Shown here piece after piece: positions 14,069-25,692 of a stretch of DNA of 64,000 bases. Position numbers and translations under genes: made by a program. Origin of the DNA: Candidatus Effluviviaceae Genus I sp. (GTDB taxonomy: Bacteria; Joyebacterota; Joyebacteria; Joyebacterales; Joyebacteraceae); the NCBI GenBank assembly GCA_016867725.1, contig VGIX01000001.1:99575-163574 (forward strand). The letters run 5' to 3'. Position 1 is the first letter of the stretch; each line of letters starts with the position of its first letter. The notes below the pieces were generated by a model, which searched no databases, had not been told where the DNA came from, and saw only the letters and a list, made by a program, of their open reading frames with translations.

Positions 14069-15738
14069 CGGCGGCCGCCGGGCACCGTGTCCACGATGCT
14101 CGCCAGCGCCACGCCGTCCGACGCGCGCAGCCGGTAGACGACGCCCGCGGGTTCGGACGACGGGCGGAAGGGCGTCGAGAGGTGGACGCCTCGGGCGGCG
14201 GCGTCCCTCAGATCATCGCGCGCCACGCTCGGCGAGAGGAACGTCGCCGGCGGGTTCCCAAGCCCGAAGGGCCTCAGGCGATCGACCTCGGACGCGATGG
14301 CCGGCGCGGCCTCGCCGAGGGGCAGGACCGCGTCGAGCCTCCGGGGCTCCGGCATCGGCGGGTTCGCGCGCGCATACTCGAGCATCCGCTCGCGGAACGC
14401 GTCCGCCTTCGACGCCTCGATCGTGAAGCCGGCCGCCCTCGGATGGCCGCCGTACCCCGTGAAGAGCTCGTTCATCGCGTGGAACGCGGCGACGAGGTTG
14501 AAGCCCTGCGGTCCGCGCGCCTCGGCGGCCAGGAGGCCGTTGCGCGGCGCCATGACGACCGCGGGGCGGTCGCTCTCGTCGGCGATGCGCGACGCCACGT
14601 ACCCCATGACGTCGAGCGCCACGGGGAGCGCGACGACGATGACCGGTGCGTCGGGGTCCGGGGCCGCGTCCAGCAGGGGCCGCACGCTCGCCATCGCCGC
14701 GGCGGCCGAGTCCTTCCAGCGCGCCCGCTCGCCGACCAGCGCCCGGGCGCCTTCGCGGGCGGCCTCGGGGTCGGTCGAGAGCAGCACGCCGAGCGCCTCG
14801 TTGCCGCCGCGCCCGTCGGACACGCGTCCGAAGATCGGCCCGAGGGACTCCCGCACGTCGTCGGGGTCCGGCTCGCGCCCCCACAGCCTCGCCTCCTCGA
14901 GCAGCGCTCGGAGGCCCGGCCTCTCGGTGGCGGGCATCGCCCTGAGCCCTGCCGCCACGATGGACCGGTTGTCGCCGGTCATCGGCACCTTGTCCGCGAT
15001 GGAGCCGACCGCCGCGAGCGCGAGCGCCTCCTCCCTCCAGCGCGGCCCGTACCAGATCCGCCCGCCGGGAGCGGGCGCGAACCTCCCCCGCAGGGCGTCG
15101 AGCAGAAGGTCTGCGACCCGCAGCGAGACCCCCGTCCCCGCGAGATAGCGGTACGGGTAGGATGACGACGCCAGCTTCGGGTTGACGATGGCATGCGCTG
15201 CGGGAAGCTCGGGGGGGATCTCGTGATGGTCGGTGACGATCGTGTCGATGCCGAGGCCGTTGCCGTGCGCGATCGCCTCGCGGTCGCTCACGCAGCTGTC
15301 GACCGTGACCACGAGCCGCACGCCGGCGCCCGCGTGGTAGTCGAACTCGCGAGCGGAGAGACCGTGCCCCTCCGTCCGCCGGTCGGGGATGTAGGAGCCT
15401 GCCCGGATGCCGATCTGCTCGAGGGCCTCGACGAGAATGACCGTGGCCGTCACGCCGTCGGCGTCGTCGTGCCCGTGGACGACCACGCGCTCTCCCGACG
15501 ACGCGGCGGCCGCGACGCGCTCGACGACCTGGTCCGCCGCCGGCAGGAGCCGCGCGTCGGGCAGCGGGGCCTCCGCAGGGTTCAGGAACCGCGCGGCGTC
15601 GTCGCCCGACGCCACCTGCCTCGACGCCAGCACCTGCGCCATGAGCGACGAGACACCGGCGGCCCTCCGGATGTCATCCGTCAGTGCCGCCGGCGCTTCG
15701 TCGAACTGCCACCGGTACTTCCTGCCCGTCAGGGTCAT
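14065..15738 (-). CDS. recJ: Single-stranded-DNA-specific exonuclease RecJ
   Basis: 557 aa; DHH motifs (VVVHGHDDADGVTA, TVDSCVS, IVTDHH) and DHHA1 (GGHPRAAG). Confidence 0.9.
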   Translation of the reverse strand: MTLTGRKYRWQFDEAPAALTDDIRRAAGVSSLMAQVLASRQVASGDDAARFLNPAEAPLPDARLLPAADQVVERVAAAASSGERVVVHGHDDADGVTATVILVEALEQIGIRAGSYIPDRRTEGHGLSAREFDYHAGAGVRLVVTVDSCVSDREAIAHGNGLGIDTIVTDHHEIPPELPAAHAIVNPKLASSSYPYRYLAGTGVSLRVADLLLDALRGRFAPAPGGRIWYGPRWREEALALAAVGSIADKVPMTGDNRSIVAAGLRAMPATERPGLRALLEEARLWGREPDPDDVRESLGPIFGRVSDGRGGNEALGVLLSTDPEAAREGARALVGERARWKDSAAAAMASVRPLLDAAPDPDAPVIVVALPVALDVMGYVASRIADESDRPAVVMAPRNGLLAAEARGPQGFNLVAAFHAMNELFTGYGGHPRAAGFTIEASKADAFRERMLEYARANPPMPEPRRLDAVLPLGEAAPAIASEVDRLRPFGLGNPPATFLSPSVARDDLRDAAARGVHLSTPFRPSSEPAGVVYRLRASDGVALASIVDTVPGGRR

Positions 15739-15791
15739 GCGTCACCGATGAGGGTCCCGCGGTCGCGAGGGCGCCGCGCGGCCCGGCGCCC

Positions 15792-16547
15792 CTACTGCGA
15801 CGGCTTCCGCTTCGCGTCGAGGAAGTACCCGATGATGTCCACGGGGATCGGGAAGATGATCGTCGAGTTCTTCTCCGCGGAGATCTCGGAGAGCGTCTGG
15901 AGATACCGCAGCTGGAGAGAGGTCGGCTCGCCCGAGAGCACCTTCGCCGCGGACTGGAGGGTCTGCGAGGCCTGGAGCTCGCCCTCCGCGTGGATGACCT
16001 TGGCACGCCGCTCGCGCTCGGCCTCGGCCTGCCGCGCGATCGCCCGCTGCATGCCCTCGGGAAGGTCCACGTGCTTCACCTCGACCGCGGAGACCTTGAT
16101 GCCCCACGCGTCCGTCGCGCGATCGAGGATGGACTGCAGCTCCTGGTTGATCTTCTCGCGCTCGGCAAGAAGCTCGTCCAGCTCGGCCGCGCCGATGACG
16201 CTCCGCAGCGTGGTCTGGGAGAGCTGCGAGGTCGCGTAGCCGTAGTCCTCGACCTCGATGATCGCGCGCTCGGCGTCGAAGACGCGGTAGTAGACGACGG
16301 CGTTCACCTTGACCGAGACGTTGTCCTTCGTGATCACGTCCTGCGCCGGAACGTCCAGGGCGACGGTCCGAAGCCCGACCTTCACGATGCGGTCGATGAA
16401 CGGGACGATGAGGACGAAGCCGGGCCCCTTCACGCCCGCGAGTCGCCCGAGCCTGAATAGCACGGCGCGCTCGTACTCCCTGAGGACGTTGATCGCCCTC
16501 GTGACGAGAACGAGGAACACCAGCACGACGATGATGGCTGACGTCAT
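15792..16547 (-). CDS. SPFH/band-7 (stomatin-like) membrane protein
   Basis: 251 aa; N-terminal TM helix plus SPFH domain ([30 protein letters not shown]). Confidence 0.85.
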   Translation of the reverse strand: MTSAIIVVLVFLVLVTRAINVLREYERAVLFRLGRLAGVKGPGFVLIVPFIDRIVKVGLRTVALDVPAQDVITKDNVSVKVNAVVYYRVFDAERAIIEVEDYGYATSQLSQTTLRSVIGAAELDELLAEREKINQELQSILDRATDAWGIKVSAVEVKHVDLPEGMQRAIARQAEAERERRAKVIHAEGELQASQTLQSAAKVLSGEPTSLQLRYLQTLSEISAEKNSTIIFPIPVDIIGYFLDAKRKPSQ

Positions 16548-16557
16548 CGCACACCTC

Positions 16558-16896
16558 CTACTCCGCGCGTTCGACTCTGAGCCTCAGGCCCTGGACGGCA
16601 ACCACTCGGACCGCGCTCCCGGCCGGGAGCGGTTCGTCGGCCACCGCGTTCCAGTACTCGCTTCGCACGAACACCTTCCCGGAGGGGGCGAGCGGCGTCG
16701 CCGCCTCCCCGACCTTGCCGATCATGCCGGCCGGCCCCGTGCGCACGCGCTTCGCCTGCGCGAGAAGTCCCACGGGAACGGCGAAGACGAAGAAGACGAC
16801 GAGGAGCGCGATGGCCGGCATGAGCGCGGACTCGTCAAGCCCCAGGAGCCTCATGAGCGCTCCCAGAAGATCAACTACCCCCGTGAACTCGCCCAT
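16558..16896 (-). CDS. NfeD-like membrane protein (stomatin partner, YbbJ-like)
   Basis: 112 aa; TM segment plus C-terminal OB-fold-like beta region; directly upstream of the SPFH gene. Confidence 0.7.
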   Translation of the reverse strand: MGEFTGVVDLLGALMRLLGLDESALMPAIALLVVFFVFAVPVGLLAQAKRVRTGPAGMIGKVGEAATPLAPSGKVFVRSEYWNAVADEPLPAGSAVRVVAVQGLRLRVERAE

Positions 16897-16935
16897 CCGA
16901 ACACCCTCCTGCCGGCGGCCCGCGTCGCCCGCACG

Positions 16936-18159
16936 CTAGACGAGATCCGCCCGTGTGAAGGTCCTGACCCCGAGCCGTGTCCGGCCTTCGATGACCTTCC
17001 CGGTCCGCACGAGGTCCGCGAGGACGCGGTCCAGCTCCGCCGGCGCGGGCTGCGCCCCGCGAAGGAGCAGCGTGTAGGGCGTCTCCACTCCGATGTCGGA
17101 CGCGATGTCCGCTGCGGGGTCGTCCGGGGGCGCCGCATCGAGCGCCGGCGCCGTCCTCAGGTATCGCTCGAACGCCCGCCCGTCGCGTTGGATGTTGGCC
17201 AGCGCCCTCGTGAACCGGTGCGGGTCCCGCCCCTCCGACTCGAACACCGCACGCTGGAAGTCGGCCTGCGTCTGCCGCTTCGCGATCATCTTGCGGATCA
17301 GCGCGAGGTCGTCGGGCGACGCCCCGATGCGCGTCATGCCATCCTGCGCGAGGTCCAGCATGTCTGTCAACACCGATTGGGCCGGCACGTCCTCGCCGTC
17401 CACGCGGAACACGGCCGCGAGCCCGTGCTTCGCGGCGCGCCAGCGGTTCAGCATGAGCTCCGCGTAGGCCTCGTCGCCGGGAGGCCGGCCGTCGCCGTGC
17501 TCGGCCGCGTGATGCATGATGCCCGCGGTGAGCGCGACGAGCTCGCACATGAGCCGCGCCGAGGTCGCGCCGTCGCACGCGCGAAGCTCGACGGTGGACC
17601 CGGAGGGCAGCTTGATGCAGACGTCGGTGCCCCACCCCGGCTGCGTGGCGCCCGGAGAGGCCAGCATCGGCGGCAACGAGCAGAACTCCGCGAACGAAGC
17701 GACCCGGTAGCTCTTGTAGCGGCCCCATCGGTTCCTGTACACGGGGCTGTTCGCCGCCAGGGCCACGAGGGGCGCCACGTACGCCGCCGCGCCGTTCTGC
17801 ACGCGGACGGCCGCGTCCCAGTCGCGCACGGTCCCCACGTGGATGTGCGCCCCGATCGGTTCGCGCTCGATCGGACGCGTGCCCGACCTCAGGAGCGACC
17901 ACCCCCTCGCCGAGAGCGCCTTCCGGAGGCGCTCGTCGAACCGCTCGGTGCGTTCAACGAGCTCCCGGAAATCCGAGAGCGGCCCCAGCCGGCTCTCGAT
18001 GAGCTCGAGGTCGGTTCCGGGGGCCGCCCACGGGATGCGGACCCGAAGCTCGTCGGCCAGCCGGTCGGCCTCCTTCTCGTCGATGTTCTCTCCCGTGTCC
18101 TTGAGAACGGCCATCTCCCAGTCGTACCCGACGGAGAGCGGCTCCAGTGCGCATCGCAT
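16936..18159 (-). CDS. Glutamate-cysteine ligase family 2 (GCS2) / YbdK-like carboxylate-amine ligase
   Basis: 407 aa; EPIGAHIHVGT motif and overall GCS2 architecture. Confidence 0.7.
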   Translation of the reverse strand: MRCALEPLSVGYDWEMAVLKDTGENIDEKEADRLADELRVRIPWAAPGTDLELIESRLGPLSDFRELVERTERFDERLRKALSARGWSLLRSGTRPIEREPIGAHIHVGTVRDWDAAVRVQNGAAAYVAPLVALAANSPVYRNRWGRYKSYRVASFAEFCSLPPMLASPGATQPGWGTDVCIKLPSGSTVELRACDGATSARLMCELVALTAGIMHHAAEHGDGRPPGDEAYAELMLNRWRAAKHGLAAVFRVDGEDVPAQSVLTDMLDLAQDGMTRIGASPDDLALIRKMIAKRQTQADFQRAVFESEGRDPHRFTRALANIQRDGRAFERYLRTAPALDAAPPDDPAADIASDIGVETPYTLLLRGAQPAPAELDRVLADLVRTGKVIEGRTRLGVRTFTRADLV

Positions 18160-18162
18160 CGT

Positions 18163-19551
18163 CTACTCCTCCACCACGCACGAGAGGCGCTCGGCTCCGA
18201 GCCTCACCGAGCACTCGATCGGGAAGTCCGACGCGCGCGCCGTCACCACGGCGGCGTGCACGGCGCCGGCGCCCGGGATCTCGCGCCGCCTGAGCGCGAC
18301 CGCCCGGCGGCCGCCCCCGGCCGTGGACAGCGCGGCGGTCGGACGCCCGACGGCCCTCGAGGTCCGCACCACGAGCGCGAGCGGGACCGCGCCGCCCCGC
18401 CGCCGTCCCAGCGCCGCGAGCAGGAGCGACGACCCGGTCGCGGCGAGGGCGTCCGCCGTGAGGAACGCGGCGCCGAGCTCCACCGACCCGCCCTTCCGGA
18501 CCGCGCGACGCCGCCCGCGCAGCATGATCTCCGGGCCCTCGAAGTCGCTGCGGACGCTCACGGCGCTCCCGCGCCCGTCCCCGAAGAGCACGGCCATGGC
18601 GTTCCCCTCGCGCTCGTTGCGCGAGACGAGGAACCCCGGGAAGAGGCCGAAGTGCTCGTCCTTCCAGTCTCGCCACCTCCAGCGTCGCCCGAACGCCGGC
18701 CTGTGGAAGCGCACCTTCGTGAGCTCGCCCCGGCTCGGGATCTCGACGACATTGACCGAGCCCGCCGGTCCCAGCACCGGCGTCGTCATCCTGATGCCGA
18801 TGGCAAGGTCCGCCGTGTCCTTCGCCGCGTGGCCCCCGCCGGCGCCGCGGTCGTCAGCGCTCCTGGCGGGCCGGCCCGCGTAGGACAGGCGCACGAGCTC
18901 GAGGACGCCCGGGAGATCGGCCTCGACAGCGACGGTCTTCGCGATGGTCACACCCTCGGGGGCCTTGAGCTCCCGGCGGTAGGTCGCGCGCGGGCCGTCG
19001 CCTTCCTCGCGGTCGAACGCCGCGTTCCAGATCTCCCCGGGCATGCTCCCTTCCGGCAGGAACTCCTCCGCGCCCCCGAGAAGCAGGTACTGCCCGGCCA
19101 TGATGTGGACGACCGGCGCGGCGAACCTGTCCCGGCCGTCGCGCCCGACGAGCGAGACCAGCCGGGCTCCGCGGTGCGGCTGCACGGCCGCCGAGACGAA
19201 GGCGTTCGAGAAGACGTCCTCCTCCCAGCCGTCGCAGTCCACGTCCCCCCTGAACAGGCGCGCCGCCGCGCCGGCAAGGCGCCTCGGCGCGGGGCCGTCC
19301 GGAGCCAGGAACCGCCGGCTCTCGGTCGGGTCGAGCACGAGCAGGTCCCCCCGCTTCGGCGCCCACGGCAGGACGGCCGCGCGGCGGATCTCCCCCCTCT
19401 TCCCGGTCACCGAGCCCGGGGCCTTGACCGCCCGCACGGCCGAGCCCAGGACCTCCACGCGCAGCCTGAACGGCTGCCGCATGATGCCCCCGGCCGCCGC
19501 GGGCCTCCCCGCGGCGCGGGCATCCAGCACCTTCGCCAAGAGCCTGTGCAC
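18163..19551 (-). CDS. Hypothetical protein (462 aa), function unknown; 3-nt gap to the GCS2 ligase
   Basis: Long ORF with coding-like periodicity; no family recognised by eye. Confidence 0.55.
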   Translation of the reverse strand: MHRLLAKVLDARAAGRPAAAGGIMRQPFRLRVEVLGSAVRAVKAPGSVTGKRGEIRRAAVLPWAPKRGDLLVLDPTESRRFLAPDGPAPRRLAGAAARLFRGDVDCDGWEEDVFSNAFVSAAVQPHRGARLVSLVGRDGRDRFAAPVVHIMAGQYLLLGGAEEFLPEGSMPGEIWNAAFDREEGDGPRATYRRELKAPEGVTIAKTVAVEADLPGVLELVRLSYAGRPARSADDRGAGGGHAAKDTADLAIGIRMTTPVLGPAGSVNVVEIPSRGELTKVRFHRPAFGRRWRWRDWKDEHFGLFPGFLVSRNEREGNAMAVLFGDGRGSAVSVRSDFEGPEIMLRGRRRAVRKGGSVELGAAFLTADALAATGSSLLLAALGRRRGGAVPLALVVRTSRAVGRPTAALSTAGGGRRAVALRRREIPGAGAVHAAVVTARASDFPIECSVRLGAERLSCVVEE

Positions 19552-19666
19552 AACCGCCTCCAGGCGCGACGACGAGGAGTCGCCGCCGAAAAAGACTGCG
19601 GGGGACCAGCGAGCCCTTGGACTCCCTGCTCCCCCGCAGAGTCAAGTACTCCCTGACGCGATCGAG

Positions 19667-19951
19667 CTACTTCACGTAGTCCTTCAGCGACTTGCCGGCG
19701 CTGAACTTCGGATAGTAGTGCGCGTCCACGTGCTTGGTCTTGTCCGTGCCCGGGATCCGCCAGTCGCGCGACGGCCTGTGCTGCGCGCTGAAGGTGCCGA
19801 AGCCGGAGAGCTGCACCCTGTCGCGCCCCTTCAGGGCCTTCGCGATGATGCCGCTGTCGGCATCGAACATCGCGTCGACGATGTCCTTCGCGGCCTTGTT
19901 CGTGAGTCCGGACCTCTTCACAACGGCCTCAATGAGCTCTGCCTTGTTCAT
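19667..19951 (-). CDS. hup: DNA-binding protein HU
   Basis: 94 aa; MNKAELIEAV...VQLSGFGTF...PKFSAGKSLKDYV HU/IHF fold. Confidence 0.9.
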   Translation of the reverse strand: MNKAELIEAVVKRSGLTNKAAKDIVDAMFDADSGIIAKALKGRDRVQLSGFGTFSAQHRPSRDWRIPGTDKTKHVDAHYYPKFSAGKSLKDYVK

Positions 19952-20017
19952 CCCGAACCCCCTCCTAGGCTGTGGCCTCCTGCCAAGAAGCTCCCTGCTG
20001 CCCCGGATTTGCGCGAC

Positions 20018-20046
20018 ACGCTACAGCACACCCCGCAACCTGTCAA
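20018..20046 (-). promoter_or_regulatory. Putative sigma70-like promoter for hup (TTGACA, 17 nt, TAGCGT)
   Basis: Minus strand: -35 TTGACA at 20041..20046, -10 TAGCGT at 20018..20023, about 60 nt upstream of the GGAGGGGG RBS and ATG. Confidence 0.3.
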
Positions 20047-20173
20047 TAGGATAATCCTGAAAGGCCCCAGCCCGTGGGCCTGGTAGCGCGACCGCCTCCG
20101 GAACGCCCTGCGGGCGGCGTCCGGTGAGCCCCGCCCGGGGCCCGTGTCCCGCGCTCCAGGCCGCCGCCGCCCG

Positions 20174-23100
20174 TCAGTTCACCCTTCTGTAGATGGTCTT
20201 CCGCCCGGTCTCGAGCTGCACGTCAGGAAGCGCCTTGATGTTGATGCGGAAGTAGTACTGCCACTCCCCGGCGTAGTAGCGGCGGACGAACTGGGCCTCC
20301 CAGCAGTGGAGATCGCGGTGGATGACGTACTCCTGGCTGGCCACCTCGCGCTCCCTGAGGTCGTAATGGACGGTCCAGTTGACCCGCCACTTCGCGGTCG
20401 GGGACAGCGCGACCGTCGCGTCTGCCCAGTAGGTCTCGTTGCCGGGGGCCGCTCCACGCGAGTACCTGAAGGCAAGAGAGGCGTCCCACGGACGCCGCGC
20501 CGGCGCGTCGGCGACCGACCGCGACGCGACCGCCCTCCTGAGCTCGTCGAGCGGGTCTCCGCTCCCGGCCGGCCCGCCGAGATCGCCCGCCGCGGCGTCG
20601 CTCCGCTCGCCGCGCAAACTCACGGAGGCCGTGATGCTCGATCCGCCCAGCCTGCCCGTGTACGGGTCGTGCCGCGCGTCCCAGCTCAACGACACGGCGT
20701 CCCCGGGCCGCATCTCGGCGCGCGACACGATGTCCGCCCAGGGCTCGTCGTCCGCGCGGAGGTCGTAGGCGCTGGACACCGAGAAGCGCAGGAAGTTGTC
20801 GAGCTTGCGGACCTCGCCGCCCGCCCGCTTGAGTTTGAGCTGGAGCTTGTTGACGAGCGACACGCTCACGGCCTCTCGGGCGCGCGGCGTGCTCCCGAAG
20901 CCGCCGAAGCTGTAGAACCGGTCCACGCCGTCGTCGAAGTACCGCGCGAACTCCGGGGTCCACGAGTACGTCGCCGACGGCTCGATGATGTGCCGGACGC
21001 CCTCCAGAGGCCCGACGCGCGGGAAGAACGTCCCGTAGATCGCGGTCGAGGCCGACACGCCCGCCCCGTACGTGAGCCTCGACGGGAAGCGGTTGCCCAG
21101 CTTGTCCCGGTCGTACCAGGCCTGCGCGACGGAAGCGTGGGGCGAGACCGTGAGCCACCCGAGGAGCTTCCCGGGCGCCCGGAGGCTCAGGCCGAGCCCG
21201 GCCGCCTGGCGGGACGTGGCCCCGCCGTCGGTGCGCGACCTGTCGTTCACCGCCCTGGCGTCCCAGCTGTAGGACACCTTCCCGAGCAGGCCGCGGAGGC
21301 CCCCCGTCCCCTCGGGAACGCTCAGGAGCGGCCTCTGGCTTCCCGAGACGTCGATCTTCGGAAGGAGCTCCGACACCGTTCCGAGGTCCAGCTCCTCGCG
21401 GCGGTCCAGCGTGACGCCGGTCGAGAGCCCGCTCCACCGCCCCCGCACCCACAGCTGCGAGCGCAGGCTCCTGTTCAGGCTCTCCTGGATGGACTGGTTG
21501 GCGTCGGTCGCGTACGAGGCGTCGCTTCGGAAGTCGCCCGAGGCGCCGGCGGTCCAGTTCCTCCCCAGCTCCTGCTTGTGATCGAGTGTGAGGTCCCAGC
21601 GCCGCCGCCCGGCGAGCGTCTCCTGCATGAACGAGGTCCTGACCGAGCCGGACAGGACGTACCGCAGGGCGTACCGCGCCTCGAGGTGTGCGATCCAGCG
21701 GGCCTGGTCGTAGTAGTCCGCCCATGCCATCGCGTCCCAGTAGTCGTTGGGCGCCCAGTAGTAGCCGAAGTTGCGGATGAACCTCCCCCGCTCCTCCGAA
21801 GCGCCGAACTCGATCTGCGGGATGAGGAACCCCGACTGCCGACCCTTGCGGATCGGGAAGACGTAGAACGGCAGCGCGAGCACCGGCAGGCGCCCGATGT
21901 GCAGGACCACCGGGCGCGCGATGACCTTGTCGTTGAGGTGGATCTTCATCTTGCGGGACGTGAGGTGGTAGTGCGGCTCGCTGGCGGAGCACGTCGTGTA
22001 CGAGCCGCCACGCACCCTGAGCGACCCGTCGGCGTCCCGCTCGATGCGGTCGCCGAAGCAGAGGCCGTCCTCGAACGTCGTCGCGCCCCCGTCGATGGAC
22101 CCGGTCTTGGCGCCGAGGTCGTACCACAGCCCGCTCCCGATGAGCCGCTCGCCCGCGTCCGTGAAGTCGGGGTTGCCGGACGCGGTCAGCACCTCGCTGT
22201 CGGGGTCGAAAACGACCTCCTCGGCACGCAGGACGGTGCCCTGGTACTCCACGGTCGCGCCGTCGGCGAGCACGATCCTGTTGTCCGGCACGTGGTAGGT
22301 GATCTCAGAGGCCCGGTAGTCCACCGTCTCGAGCTCGGCCGGCGGGGTCGCGGGCGGGACGCCGGACGCGTCCTCGCCGGGCACGGGCGCAGGGGGGACC
22401 TGGCGCCCGCCCTCCGGCGGGAAGACGTAGGAGCCGACCGCGCTGCCCCTGAAGACGGCCCGCTCGATCTTCCCGTCGGCGAAGGCCACGGTGAGCTCGC
22501 GCGCCGCCACGGTGTTGCGCTTCCCGGACGAGCCGATGGAGTGCTCGCTCTGCGCGCGGCCGCGGACGACGGTGAGGACCGGGTCGCCGCCTTCGAAGAA
22601 CATCGTGAGGCTGTCGCCGGCCACGCGTCCCCACTCGGGTTCGTCCTCGGGAGACTCAGGCTCGATCCGGTACGTCGCCGCGGCCCGCCCAGTGACCCTC
22701 ACCCTCGAGAGCGTGCCGTCCGGCGCGGCCACGAAGATCCGCTCGCCGGTGAGCTGGTCCCGCTCCCTCGAGACGAAGGGGTCCCCCTCGAGGAACGTCA
22801 CCTCGTCGTCGAGGAAGAGCGTTGCCGCCCGCGCGCCCGCCTTCACGTCCTCGCGCACGATCGCCACGGCGCCGAACGCGCGGAGCTCGCTCCTCTCCCG
22901 CGAGAGCTCGATGACGTCGGCGCGCACCGTGAGGTCGAGCTCGCCCTCGTCCGTGGTCGTCGTGATCACCGGCTCGCCCGACGCTCTGACCTCCGAGCGA
23001 TCGAAGTCGTACACGATGCGCTCGGCGGAGAGCTCCGACGACCCGTCGGCGTCCACGGCGACGGCGTCGCCGACGCAGACGGCCACGCGTTCGGCGCGGA

Positions 23101-23563
23101 AGAACCGGATCCGCCGCGCCGTGACCGTGGCCGACGTGTCCGCGTAGGACGCTCTGCCCGACAGGGTGACGACGTCCGAGTCCCGGTGGTAGCGGAGCGT
23201 CTCGGCCGCGACCGCCGCGCCGTCGTCCTCGCCGCTCACGCCGCCGTAGAGCAGGAACTCGCGCAGCGACTCACGGTAGACGCCGCGGCGGCCGACGAGC
23301 CGCGCGCCCTCCCGCTCGAGCACGACGCTGCCCTCGAAGAGCGCGATCCTGCCCCCGGGCCCCTCGCTCGCCTCGAACGCGTCGGAGCGGACCGTGAGAC
23401 CGTCCCCCGACGGCCACAGCGGGAGGGCGCGCGGCCCCGGCGCGGCCGCAGGCCGCGCCGCCGCGGTGTCCGCGGCGTCGGCCGCCGCCGGCACGCCCGG
23501 CTCCGCCTGCGTCAGAGCGACGACGGCGAGCGCGCGAAGAACGAAGGTGATGGCAAACGGCAT
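20174..23563 (-). CDS. lptD: LPS-assembly protein LptD-like (OstA N-terminal domain plus large outer-membrane beta-barrel)
   Basis: 1129 aa; signal peptide; OstA-like N-domain repeats (LTGERIFVAAPDG..., VFDPDSEVLTASGNP...); long beta-strand-rich C-terminal region. Confidence 0.75.
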   Translation of the reverse strand: MPFAITFVLRALAVVALTQAEPGVPAAADAADTAAARPAAAPGPRALPLWPSGDGLTVRSDAFEASEGPGGRIALFEGSVVLEREGARLVGRRGVYRESLREFLLYGGVSGEDDGAAVAAETLRYHRDSDVVTLSGRASYADTSATVTARRIRFFRAERVAVCVGDAVAVDADGSSELSAERIVYDFDRSEVRASGEPVITTTTDEGELDLTVRADVIELSRERSELRAFGAVAIVREDVKAGARAATLFLDDEVTFLEGDPFVSRERDQLTGERIFVAAPDGTLSRVRVTGRAAATYRIEPESPEDEPEWGRVAGDSLTMFFEGGDPVLTVVRGRAQSEHSIGSSGKRNTVAARELTVAFADGKIERAVFRGSAVGSYVFPPEGGRQVPPAPVPGEDASGVPPATPPAELETVDYRASEITYHVPDNRIVLADGATVEYQGTVLRAEEVVFDPDSEVLTASGNPDFTDAGERLIGSGLWYDLGAKTGSIDGGATTFEDGLCFGDRIERDADGSLRVRGGSYTTCSASEPHYHLTSRKMKIHLNDKVIARPVVLHIGRLPVLALPFYVFPIRKGRQSGFLIPQIEFGASEERGRFIRNFGYYWAPNDYWDAMAWADYYDQARWIAHLEARYALRYVLSGSVRTSFMQETLAGRRRWDLTLDHKQELGRNWTAGASGDFRSDASYATDANQSIQESLNRSLRSQLWVRGRWSGLSTGVTLDRREELDLGTVSELLPKIDVSGSQRPLLSVPEGTGGLRGLLGKVSYSWDARAVNDRSRTDGGATSRQAAGLGLSLRAPGKLLGWLTVSPHASVAQAWYDRDKLGNRFPSRLTYGAGVSASTAIYGTFFPRVGPLEGVRHIIEPSATYSWTPEFARYFDDGVDRFYSFGGFGSTPRAREAVSVSLVNKLQLKLKRAGGEVRKLDNFLRFSVSSAYDLRADDEPWADIVSRAEMRPGDAVSLSWDARHDPYTGRLGGSSITASVSLRGERSDAAAGDLGGPAGSGDPLDELRRAVASRSVADAPARRPWDASLAFRYSRGAAPGNETYWADATVALSPTAKWRVNWTVHYDLREREVASQEYVIHRDLHCWEAQFVRRYYAGEWQYYFRINIKALPDVQLETGRKTIYRRVN

Positions 23564-23593
23564 AGTGAAGACCCGTCGGCGCGGAGGCCCGCG

Positions 23594-24547
23594 TCAGGCG
23601 GGCGTCCGGAAGTGGTGTGCGGCGAGCAGCGCGGCGCCCACGACGCCGGCCGTCTCCCCGAGGAGAGCCGGCACGACCTTCGGGAGCCGCCACGGAGGGC
23701 CGGCGACGCGCGCCGCCATCTCCGTCCGCGCGGGCGAAAGGAGGCTCTCCCCGGCCGACGCGACGCCGCCGCCGATGACGATGACCTCGAGGTCCAGGAT
23801 CTCGACGAGGTTCGCAAGCCCCACGCCAAGGAGGCGCCCGGTCTCCTCCATCACGCCCAGGGCGGCGGCGTCGCCGCCCGCCGCGGCCTGGCCGACGTCC
23901 TTCGCGGTCAGCGCCCCGGCGCGCGCCGCGGCGGCCAGCGCCGACGACCCGCCGCGCGCGCGCTCCGCCGCCCGCGCCACGATGGCGTCCGCGCTCACGA
24001 GCCGCTCGAGGCACCCCGTGCCCCCGCACGCGCACGCCGGCCCGTCGAGGTCGATCGTCGCGTGCCCCACCTCGCCGGCGAAGCCGTGCGACCCGCGGTA
24101 CAGCCGGCCGCCCAGGATGAGACCGCCGCCGACCCCGGTCCCGATCGTGAGCACGGCGGCATTCCCGGCTCCGCGCGCCGCCCCGGCCCGGTGCTCCGCG
24201 TACGCCGCGGCGTTCGCGTCGTTCTCCACGAGCGTCCGCGCGCCCAGCGCCTCGGACAGCAGACGCGCGAGCTCGACGTCCCGCCACGACGGCAGGTTCG
24301 GCGACAGGCGGACGACGCCCCGCGCGCCGTCCACGAGGCCCGCGCAGCCGACGCCGCACGCGTTCGGCCGCGCTTCCCCGCCGGGCCGCTCGAGCTCCTC
24401 GACGAGGCCCGCCGCGGCCGCGACGGCGTCGGCGGGGTCCCCGCCGGACCATGCCCTGAGCAGGAAGGCGGCGACTGTCCCCTCGTCGGAAACGAGCGCC
24501 GCCTTCACGTTCGTGCCGCCGATGTCGATGCCCAGGCAGTGCGGCAA
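23594..24547 (-). CDS. glk: ROK-family glucokinase
   Basis: MPHCLGIDIGGTNVKAALV, CxCGxxGCxE zinc motif (CACGGTGCLE); no N-terminal HTH, so a kinase rather than a repressor. Confidence 0.85.
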   Translation of the reverse strand: MPHCLGIDIGGTNVKAALVSDEGTVAAFLLRAWSGGDPADAVAAAAGLVEELERPGGEARPNACGVGCAGLVDGARGVVRLSPNLPSWRDVELARLLSEALGARTLVENDANAAAYAEHRAGAARGAGNAAVLTIGTGVGGGLILGGRLYRGSHGFAGEVGHATIDLDGPACACGGTGCLERLVSADAIVARAAERARGGSSALAAAARAGALTAKDVGQAAAGGDAAALGVMEETGRLLGVGLANLVEILDLEVIVIGGGVASAGESLLSPARTEMAARVAGPPWRLPKVVPALLGETAGVVGAALLAAHHFRTPA

Positions 24548-24553
24548 GGCTGC

Positions 24554-25669
<1,116 letters not shown>

Positions 25670-25692
25670 CATCGGAACCTCCAGAACCCGGC

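Noticed and set aside
16309-19656. 1115-aa plus-strand ORF
   Set aside because: It is antisense to the NfeD, GCS2 and hypothetical genes and has an Arg/Pro/Gly-dominated composition typical of high-GC antisense frames.
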